Assembly: GCA_036444275.1 (NCBI GenBank)
Contig: JAZGAD010000010.1
Coordinates: 5,068-69,067 of the forward strand
Direction of reading: 5' to 3'
Length of the DNA stretch: 64,000 nt
Source of the DNA: Candidatus Hydrothermarchaeales archaeon
Lineage (GTDB): Archaea; Hydrothermarchaeota; Hydrothermarchaeia; Hydrothermarchaeales; JAZGAD01
Position numbers and translations under genes: made by a program. Shown piece by piece: positions 57,069-64,000 of this stretch (within the stretch, counting starts at the first letter, position 1; every line of letters starts with the position of its first letter). The notes beneath the pieces are model-generated. The model saw only the letters and a program-made list of their open reading frames with translations. It was not told the origin of the DNA and did no database searches.

Positions 57069-58097
57069 ATGATTAATCAAGAGTTAAACCAGGTTGTTAA
57101 GGACCTACGGAGTTTTGGACTGAAAAGATACATGAGCAAGAAGCATGCTGCACACGTCTGGAGAGAAAAAGACTACCTTGATGGCACTGTTGATGCCGGC
57201 GTAATAATCCTTCCTACCCGCGGATGCAGATGGGGGAGAACCTCTGGTTGCACAATGTGCGGCTATGTATATGACTCCGACCCTTCAAGTAGCCAAGGCG
57301 AACTTGTAAAGAAATTCGAGGAAGCTATAGGAAGACTACAGGGAGTGGAATACCTGAAGATCTTCAACTCAGGCAGCTTCTTTGATCCTAAAGAGCTGAG
57401 CTCAAATACCAGGCAGAAGATCCTTTCCATGGTGAATGGAAGAGGGATAAGGAGGGTACAGGTAGAATCAAGACCTGAGTTCCTGGAGGATAAAGCATTG
57501 GGAGAGGCCAAGGAGGCTTCGGAAGCTGAACTGGAAATCGGCCTCGGCCTGGAGACTACTAATGACGACATACGAAGAGACTGTATCAACAAGAACGCCA
57601 CATTAGAAGATTTTAAAGAAGCCATTGATCTCTGTAGACGTAGCGATATCCTCGTGAAGGCATATCTCCTGCTAAAGCCGCCCTTCCTGACTGAGAGAGA
57701 AGCGCTAAGAGATGCAGTGAACTCTGCAGTTGAAGCACAAGCGCTAGGAGCATCGAGGATATCTTTCAATCCTGTGAATATACAGAGGGGCACCCTGGTG
57801 GAGTATTTATGGAAGAGAGGGGAATACCGGCCTCCCTGGCTGTGGAGCGTTTTAGAGGTGCTGAAGGAAACAGCAACCAAGATTAAGGTGCCGGTGCTGA
57901 GTCATCCAACGGCAGCTGGCAGAGCCAGGGGAGCGCATAACTGCGGCCGGTGCGACAGCGAAGTGCGCGATGCGGTAATGAATTTCTCAATCACACAGGA
58001 TGCCAAGTTCTTAAATGGTCCAGCCTGTGACTGCATTGATATATGGATGGATCATCTGGAGTTGGAACAGTTAACACACGGTGTAATAGCCAGATAA
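57069..58097 (+). CDS. archaeal radical SAM protein (possible tRNA-modification enzyme, RaSEA/TIGR01210-like; tentative)
   Basis: Cys cluster GCRWGRTSGCTMCG. It is co-directional with rnz and starts 10 nt after it. Confidence 0.5.
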   Translation: MINQELNQVVKDLRSFGLKRYMSKKHAAHVWREKDYLDGTVDAGVIILPTRGCRWGRTSGCTMCGYVYDSDPSSSQGELVKKFEEAIGRLQGVEYLKIFNSGSFFDPKELSSNTRQKILSMVNGRGIRRVQVESRPEFLEDKALGEAKEASEAELEIGLGLETTNDDIRRDCINKNATLEDFKEAIDLCRRSDILVKAYLLLKPPFLTEREALRDAVNSAVEAQALGASRISFNPVNIQRGTLVEYLWKRGEYRPPWLWSVLEVLKETATKIKVPVLSHPTAAGRARGAHNCGRCDSEVRDAVMNFSITQDAKFLNGPACDCIDIWMDHLELEQLTHGVIAR

Positions 58098-58136
58098 GAA
58101 GAAAATAACTATGCATAATTGCTTTCATTCAATTTT

Positions 58137-59495
58137 TTATCCCGTTGCTTTTGCAAGGAAATTCTCGATCATCTTGGGATAGGAGAGCACATGTAAATGG
58201 GAGTAACTGGCTAGAGTATTCCCACGGAGAATGCCGTCCCTTTTTCCATCTATGCCTCTCCCCCTTATCATCTCGCAGACGTATTCAACGTCGCCTAAAA
58301 GCTTAATAGTCGAGTGATGGAACTCGTGCCCCACTAGAGTGGCACCGCTATCGCTTATAGGGTTATCCTTCTCGACCCTGCTTACAGTATATCCTAGGGC
58401 TTGAAACGTCGACTTCATCTGGGTCTTAATCGGCAGGAAGCCCACCATATCGTACTCCCTGCCCCCGGTGGTCATCTTCTCTCCGAGATACATCAAGCCG
58501 CCGCACTCTGCATAAACTGGATTACCGGACTCACAGAAATCTAAGATCTCACCCTTGAGGGAGGTGTTCTCCTCCAGCTTCTCTGCGAATACCTCTGGGA
58601 ATCCTCCCCCGATGTAGAGAGCATCCACATCAGGAAGTCTGCGGTCTTTCATGGAATCTATGTATAACACATGTGCCTTGGCAGCGAATGCATCTATGGT
58701 GTCCTCGTAGTAGAAATTAAACGCCCGATCCCTGACTATACCAATCGTTACGCCCAAATCGTCATCCTTGAATAGCTCGTTCTGCTCAATCTCCTCCATA
58801 CTACCAGCATCCATAGCCAGTTCGATTATGCCGTCAACGTCAACGTGCTTCTCTACGAACGCGCTGAGGTACTCAAAGAGCTCATCTATCTCCTCCCGTT
58901 CATAGGCAGGTACCAAGCCGAGGTGCCTTTCAGGTATCCCTACCTTCGGGTCTCTGGGTAGCGCTCCAAAGACCTTCATATCTGCTAACTGCTCTACAGC
59001 GAGCTTTGCCTTTTGGATATGCCTCTCAGAGCCCAGCCTGTTCAGAATTACTCCTTTCACGTTTACGCCCTCATCAAAGACCTTGAAGCCCATGGTAATG
59101 GCAGCAGCGCTCCTAGCAATGCGTTCCACGTTGGCTATAACGAGGGTAGGAGCAGACAAGACCTTACTCACATGTGCAGTGCTCCCCCTTTCATCCAAGG
59201 CATCATGGGAATCGAAAAGTCCCATGGCACCTTCTACCACCGCGATATCAGCTCCCTGAGAATTCCTGGTAAAGCACTCTTTTATGTCACCATCTTTCAT
59301 CATGAAGCCGTCAAGGTTTCTCGAGCGCCTGCCAGTGGCAAAATTGTGGTAGCTGGGGTCTATGAAGTCAGGTCCGGTCTTGAAAGGCTGTACTTCGTAG
59401 CCCCTGTTACGGAGTGCCCTCATTAGACCTATAGAGATAACAGTCTTACCAGCCCTGCTATTCGTCCCTCCCAGCACTACCCTGGGTATATCCAT
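58137..59495 (-). CDS. cobyrinate/Ni-sirohydrochlorin a,c-diamide synthase (CbiA/CfbB family)
   Basis: N-terminal ATPase domain GGTNSRAGKTVISIGLMRAL and a C-terminal glutamine amidotransferase domain (YAECGGLMYLG), 452 aa. Confidence 0.8.
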   Translation of the reverse strand: MDIPRVVLGGTNSRAGKTVISIGLMRALRNRGYEVQPFKTGPDFIDPSYHNFATGRRSRNLDGFMMKDGDIKECFTRNSQGADIAVVEGAMGLFDSHDALDERGSTAHVSKVLSAPTLVIANVERIARSAAAITMGFKVFDEGVNVKGVILNRLGSERHIQKAKLAVEQLADMKVFGALPRDPKVGIPERHLGLVPAYEREEIDELFEYLSAFVEKHVDVDGIIELAMDAGSMEEIEQNELFKDDDLGVTIGIVRDRAFNFYYEDTIDAFAAKAHVLYIDSMKDRRLPDVDALYIGGGFPEVFAEKLEENTSLKGEILDFCESGNPVYAECGGLMYLGEKMTTGGREYDMVGFLPIKTQMKSTFQALGYTVSRVEKDNPISDSGATLVGHEFHHSTIKLLGDVEYVCEMIRGRGIDGKRDGILRGNTLASYSHLHVLSYPKMIENFLAKATG

Positions 59496-59550
59496 GTCCT
59501 TAAAATACGTGGCTGAATACTTATCCCTTACGGCAGAGGCAGAGTCGAAG

Positions 59551-60684
59551 TCAAGAATCGAATACTTTTTGAGCTGCTTTTACCCCTCTTCCCAACTCAA
59601 CCTCATGTCCAAGGTGCTTGAGGGTTACTTCCAATGCCTCCAGCGCTGAGGTGAGGTCTGAGTAGCTGATGTTTCCCATGTGCCCTATCCTAAAGATCTT
59701 GCCCTTTAGCGTTGCCTGGCCGCCTGCAAGAAGAATCCCAAAGTCCTCTTTCATCTTCTTCCTAATATCATCGGCATTCACACCTGGAGGGGCTTTGATA
59801 GCAGTGACCGTGTTGGACGCGTCCTCGTCTCTTGGAAGCAGCTCGAGGTTCAATGCTTTAACCGCCTCTCTAGTTGCACTCGCGAGCTTTCTATGCCTTT
59901 TGATTCTCTCCTCCAAGCCTTCTTTCTTAACAGCTCGAAGAGCTGCTCTCAAGCCGTATACCAGGGACACTGATGGCGTGAACGGCGTGGTACTCTTTCG
60001 TAAGGCCTTCCTATAAGAGGCCAGATTCAAATAGTAATTTCTGGTCTCGTTGCTCTCAATAGCTTTCCATGCCTTGTCGCTTACGCTGAGCATCGCCAGT
60101 CCAGGAGGTGCTGCAAGGCACTTCTGAGAGCCAGCTATGCATATGTCGACGCCCCATTTGTCTACTTCCACGTAGTCCCCACCTATAGATGTAATGGCAT
60201 CCATGATGAAGAGGAGATCGTGCTTCTCAGCAATCTCTGCTATTGCCTTGGCATTGTGGAGAACGCCGGTAGACGTCTCGTTGTGGGTTAGGGTTATCGC
60301 TTTTGCGTTGCTCTCCTCAACTACCTTCTCTACCTCTTTTGGGTCGGCTGCAGAGCCCCATTCAACATCCACCAACCTTGCTTTTCCACCATAGCCCTTG
60401 ACTATCTCTGCAAAGCGCTCAGCGAATTTTCCACCAGTTATGCATACGACTTCGTCCCCCTCACCTATGGTGCTTGCAATAGCTGCGTCCATGGCGGCAG
60501 TGCCAGAGCCCGTGATCAGTACTACATCATTCTTGGTTTTGAAGATATCCTTTAAATTCCCCCAACACTCCTCTAGAATCTCCTGGAAATCCGGTGTCCT
60601 ATGACCAATAACCGGCTCGGCCATAGCCTGGAGCACTTCCTTGGATAGCTCCACAGGTCCTGGGATCAATAACTTCTTCTGCAT
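59551..60684 (-). CDS. class V aminotransferase (serine-pyruvate / phosphoserine aminotransferase-like)
   Basis: PLP fold type I class V architecture with a G-S-Q-K context (IAGSQKCLAAPPG) indicating the PLP lysine. Confidence 0.75.
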   Translation of the reverse strand: MQKKLLIPGPVELSKEVLQAMAEPVIGHRTPDFQEILEECWGNLKDIFKTKNDVVLITGSGTAAMDAAIASTIGEGDEVVCITGGKFAERFAEIVKGYGGKARLVDVEWGSAADPKEVEKVVEESNAKAITLTHNETSTGVLHNAKAIAEIAEKHDLLFIMDAITSIGGDYVEVDKWGVDICIAGSQKCLAAPPGLAMLSVSDKAWKAIESNETRNYYLNLASYRKALRKSTTPFTPSVSLVYGLRAALRAVKKEGLEERIKRHRKLASATREAVKALNLELLPRDEDASNTVTAIKAPPGVNADDIRKKMKEDFGILLAGGQATLKGKIFRIGHMGNISYSDLTSALEALEVTLKHLGHEVELGRGVKAAQKVFDS

Positions 60685-60696
60685 ATTACTAATACC

Positions 60697-61458
60697 TCAC
60701 TTTATAATCTCTGCAATAGTCCCTTCATCGTAGTCACTAAGCTTCATGTCCTCTATAGAGTTTAATCCTATTGCTTTGGCAGTCTTCTCTAATCCGAATT
60801 CAATATTCTTGCTGGGCACTATGATGTAGGCCTTCAACTCTCCAATGCCTAGTTTACGGGCTGCCAAGGCTCTATGATGGCCGTCCACCAGCAGCGTCTT
60901 ATCCCCAGACTTTAGTACTACTATAGGCTCTGCCAAACCCCTCTTCATCTCATATTCCCTGCCTCGAAATTCATCAGGATGTATCTTGCCCTGCGTCGGC
61001 ATTAAGTCCTTGATCTTCACCTTTCCCATCCTTACTATCGTCTTAACTGTATAGAGCTTCTCTAGGGATTCAGATATCTTTCTTACTTTATCCGGGGTAG
61101 CGCGCTCTATATGAGACCTTATGACGTCGGCATTAGTGATTATGCCAATAAGCATTCTATCCTTGTCCACCACCGGGAGTCTCGAGTAGCCCATCCTGAA
61201 CATCACCCTAGCAGCGTCCGTCAAGTTGGTATCTGGGAAGGTAACCACCACCTCGCCGCTCATGGAGTGTTCGACTGTCTTCCTCTTCTTAAACACCATG
61301 TCCCTGATGGTGATTATACCGACAAGGCGGCCGTCTTCGACTACTGGAAAGCCGTCGTGGCTGCTCTCCCTCACCAGCTTTAATACTTCATCGAGGGTCT
61401 GCTCCGGCTTAACGGTTATGACCTTGCTGGACATGTAGTTTTTTACTTTGGGCTTCAT
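60697..61458 (-). CDS. CBS-pair domain fused to a ParB-like nuclease (ParBc) domain
   Basis: Two CBS motifs in the N-terminal half and a C-terminal LLVDGHHRALAARKLG (ParB/Srx DGHHR signature). Confidence 0.75.
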   Translation of the reverse strand: MKPKVKNYMSSKVITVKPEQTLDEVLKLVRESSHDGFPVVEDGRLVGIITIRDMVFKKRKTVEHSMSGEVVVTFPDTNLTDAARVMFRMGYSRLPVVDKDRMLIGIITNADVIRSHIERATPDKVRKISESLEKLYTVKTIVRMGKVKIKDLMPTQGKIHPDEFRGREYEMKRGLAEPIVVLKSGDKTLLVDGHHRALAARKLGIGELKAYIIVPSKNIEFGLEKTAKAIGLNSIEDMKLSDYDEGTIAEIIK

Positions 61459-61729
61459 TATGCCACTTCTCCACGCCGTAATTAATAACGTTTTCGAAAT
61501 TAATTAATAAGTTAACACAATACCGTCTAATGATGAACACCCGAAGCATGCTCATACTCATAGTACTAGTTCTTTTAGCATTGTATGTAATCCAGGGCTC
61601 AAAAGAGGCCCTAGAACCTACTGGAAACGTCTCCCAAACGACTGAGTATCCCCATACTAAGGAAAAACCCCTATCACCTAGAGATTTCATAGGCAGGCCT
61701 CGTCCCCGGCCAAGGGTCCCGAATACCTC

Positions 61730-61975
61730 TTGATCATGGCCAAAAAAATTTTGAAGGAACTAGAGTGGCACCCCGGAAAATCCCTAAAAGGGGTGGAGAT
61801 CACGTACCTACATAGAGGTGCACCCGGGGATTGCATCACGATATCTACTGAGAGCATTTCCAGGTTGGAAAAATCCTTCTTCGTTCTAGAAAGAGCTGGG
61901 AGAGAGGTAATGATCCCCTATCACAGAATCTTAGAGTTAACGAAAGGGGAAGAGGTACTTTGGAAGAAAATTTAA
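61730..61975 (+). CDS. small conserved hypothetical protein
   Basis: ORF only (81 aa). A possible upstream partner ORF at 61530..61733 encodes a small signal/TM-anchored peptide. Confidence 0.3.
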   Translation: MIMAKKILKELEWHPGKSLKGVEITYLHRGAPGDCITISTESISRLEKSFFVLERAGREVMIPYHRILELTKGEEVLWKKI

Positions 61976-61993
61976 TGGATATTCCTTCATCAC

Positions 61994-62638
61994 TCAGTCC
62001 AGTTCACCCTGCAGGAGTTCCCTAGCATTTCTCAAGCTGATTTCCGCCTGCTCTCTACCGTTCATTGCTATCGGGCCGTGTCCTGGGTAAAGGGTATCGA
62101 AGGACATCTCTGATAGCTTTTCAAGGGACCTGAGCATCTGCCTTCCATTGCCCCCAATGTCGACTCTGCCGAAACCTCCATCTGAGAAGAGCGTGTCACC
62201 AGAGAAGAGCATCTTTCTATCCCTGTCAAAGAGGCATATACTTCCAGGGGTGTGCCCAGGAGAGTGCACTACCTCGAGGATATGCTCCCCTAGCTCAAGT
62301 TTATCTCCCTCTACAAGTAGTCGATGGAACTTGGTGGGACGCTCATCATCGAAGAGTCTATAGGTCCCGTAAAAGCTGCCTGAAACAAGCGCATTTGCAT
62401 CGTCACGATGAAGATACACCCTTACCTCATTGAATTGTCCATCGCCGCCGCAGTGATCAAAATGGGCATGGGTATTAATGATCATATCCAGTTGTTCTCC
62501 CTTTAGTGCCTTTCCGACTTCTCTCGCTATCCTGTCGTCTAATCCCGCTCCAGCGTCAATGAGAACTTTCTTAGCATCCTGTATTAGATAGGCGTTGCAG
62601 TCAGTGCCGCTGCTCATTATTGGTGTTATCCCATTCAT
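61994..62638 (-). CDS. metallo-beta-lactamase fold hydrolase (glyoxalase II-like)
   Basis: HAHFDHCGG (HxHxDH) motif and downstream H and D ligands, 214 aa. Confidence 0.75.
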   Translation of the reverse strand: MNGITPIMSSGTDCNAYLIQDAKKVLIDAGAGLDDRIAREVGKALKGEQLDMIINTHAHFDHCGGDGQFNEVRVYLHRDDANALVSGSFYGTYRLFDDERPTKFHRLLVEGDKLELGEHILEVVHSPGHTPGSICLFDRDRKMLFSGDTLFSDGGFGRVDIGGNGRQMLRSLEKLSEMSFDTLYPGHGPIAMNGREQAEISLRNARELLQGELD

Positions 62639-62648
62639 GTTACCTTAC

Positions 62649-63749
62649 CTAGTCCAGATTCCACAAACCCTTCTCTCTAGCGAAGTTGATTGCCTCCACT
62701 ACCTCTTCCCTGTCAACAGCCCTCGATATATCCCCGAACTTGAAGGCTTGGAACTCAGGATGGTATTGCCCCATAATGTTCACCCTTACCTCGTTATCCA
62801 AGTTTTCAGCGATCCATGCTAAAATTGGCTTGGAGCAGCACTCCACGTGATTCGGCAGTACGAGGTGGCGGATTAGTAACTCTGCGTGCTCTCTAGCCAG
62901 CAAGTGATTCCTAGTGATGATATCCCAGTAATTTTTGACCTTCGAGAGCCTCTCGGCACAGTCGTTGCTACCATATTTGAAATCCGTCAGATAAACATCG
63001 ACAACACCGTTAAGAAGCTTCATGGTTTCGCTGCTCATGTACATGTTGGAGTTCCAAACCACCGGCACGTTCTCGTCGAGGTGCATCAGCATGTCCAGTA
63101 TTGTATGAAGGTTTGGTGTCGGTTCTCCACCAACGAGGTTTATATTCTTGCTCTTTTCAAGGATCCTGCGCTTTTTCGCAAGCTCGGCCAGTTCCTTACC
63201 AGTGATAGGCCTGCCGGTTTCTCTCTGCCTGGAGATAGTCCAATTCTGGCAGAAGACGCAGTATAATGTACAACCAATGAAGAAGAAGGTGTGAGACGGC
63301 ACAAGGCAGGCTTCTTCTCCCATGTGCAGGAACTCTGTTGAGAGCCTTGAGGTCTTATCTAGGTTGCAGAAGCCCAGCTTCTTTTCACCTCTATTTGCAC
63401 CGCATCTTCTCTCACAGAAGTGGCAGCTCTTCAATATCTCGTTGGCTATAACCAGCTTCAAATCCAATAGAGACGGCTCATGCACCTTAAGCTCAGGCGT
63501 TCCCTCCTTATCGTCGATCTCTCTTTTTACTTTCACAAATTCCTCAATCTTCTTATCATGCACTCTCCAGAGGGCTTCCAGTGGAGCATCTAACGCAGCA
63601 TCGTCTATCCCTATGCTCTTGCAGATCATGAAGTTCGCGGGCTTCCTATTGCTGGATACTTCCACATACCTGCCCAGGGCTTTCACTACGCCATCCTCTT
63701 CAAAGGCAGTAACAGAATCGGGACGAAGCAGCCAATACATAGACATCAC
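62649..63749 (-). CDS. radical SAM activating-enzyme-like protein (PflA-like / AmmeMemoRadiSam-type)
   Basis: CTLYCVFCQNW (Cx3Cx2C) with a ~130 aa N-terminal extension, 366 aa. Confidence 0.6.
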   Translation of the reverse strand: MMSMYWLLRPDSVTAFEEDGVVKALGRYVEVSSNRKPANFMICKSIGIDDAALDAPLEALWRVHDKKIEEFVKVKREIDDKEGTPELKVHEPSLLDLKLVIANEILKSCHFCERRCGANRGEKKLGFCNLDKTSRLSTEFLHMGEEACLVPSHTFFFIGCTLYCVFCQNWTISRQRETGRPITGKELAELAKKRRILEKSKNINLVGGEPTPNLHTILDMLMHLDENVPVVWNSNMYMSSETMKLLNGVVDVYLTDFKYGSNDCAERLSKVKNYWDIITRNHLLAREHAELLIRHLVLPNHVECCSKPILAWIAENLDNEVRVNIMGQYHPEFQAFKFGDISRAVDREEVVEAINFAREKGLWNLD

Positions 63750-64000
63750 AAGTTAATACAACCTAGCAACTTAAAAAAATCATGTATAGATTCGAGAGTA
63801 TGGAACTCTCAGATGCCTCGGCGGCTTGAATACAGGAGTAAGTGGAAATGAAATCAAAAGATGAGTTGAAGAGAGAATGATACAATTGCTCACGGTAGAG
63901 GGTTAAATGGAAAACAGGTAGTAGGTTAGAATATCGATCAAGCGTGCATCAATTCTAAACGTTAAATTTTTATATCGTGAACTTTTATTTTGGGACGTAT

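Noticed and set aside
1-64000. Search for rRNA genes, RNase P/SRP RNA or CRISPR arrays
   Set aside because: No long GC-rich structured non-coding stretches or regularly spaced direct repeats are apparent by eye. All intergenic regions over 200 bp are AT-rich or are explained by the repeats and remnants listed above. Absence cannot be proven without covariance-model searches.

Overview
This 64 kb window reads as a euryarchaeal chromosome segment with one gene roughly every 1 kb. I could see no rRNA genes or CRISPR arrays by eye. The archaeal signatures are an HMf-type histone, archaeal PheS/PheT, a LonB with a membrane insert, NAC-alpha, a pyruvoyl arginine decarboxylase, HdrCB-like subunits, a methyltransferase-type corrinoid protein, a CetZ-like tubulin and a bifunctional IPCT/DIPPS. 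Together these suggest an anaerobic, probably thermophilic Archaeoglobi- or Methanomicrobia-like organism, but I cannot fix the taxon. The core housekeeping genes are pyrC, hdrCB, pheST, a homocitrate/citrate-synthase-like gene with an LDH-type MDH and an aconitase, leuA/cimA, pdaD, tldD/pmbA, lonB, prs, a Trm11-like tRNA methyltransferase, RNase Z, cbiA/cfbB and two radical SAM enzymes. Three accessory stretches stand out. At 7.9-14.1 kb there is a GT81/GT55/GT4 + HAD phosphatase + glycerate kinase cluster that looks like a glycosyl-glycerate compatible-solute locus. At 41.7-50 kb a frameshifted tyrosine recombinase is followed by a sugar/compatible-solute locus that carries IPCT/DIPPS, GT4 paralogs, a cupin and GH130, and is littered with N-terminal gene remnants of MIPS, PMM and GH130. 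At 50.1-53.4 kb there is an AT-rich array of small genes: an MNT/HepT toxin-antitoxin pair, a HEPN protein, an HNH protein and an unknown. Each is followed by an imperfect inverted-repeat element with the architecture of integron attC sites (RYYYAAC ... GTTRRRY). I read this as an integron-like cassette array. Coordinates of features not in the ORF track are hand-counted and may be off by 1-3 nt. No homology searches were run. All product calls rest on motif recognition from memory.
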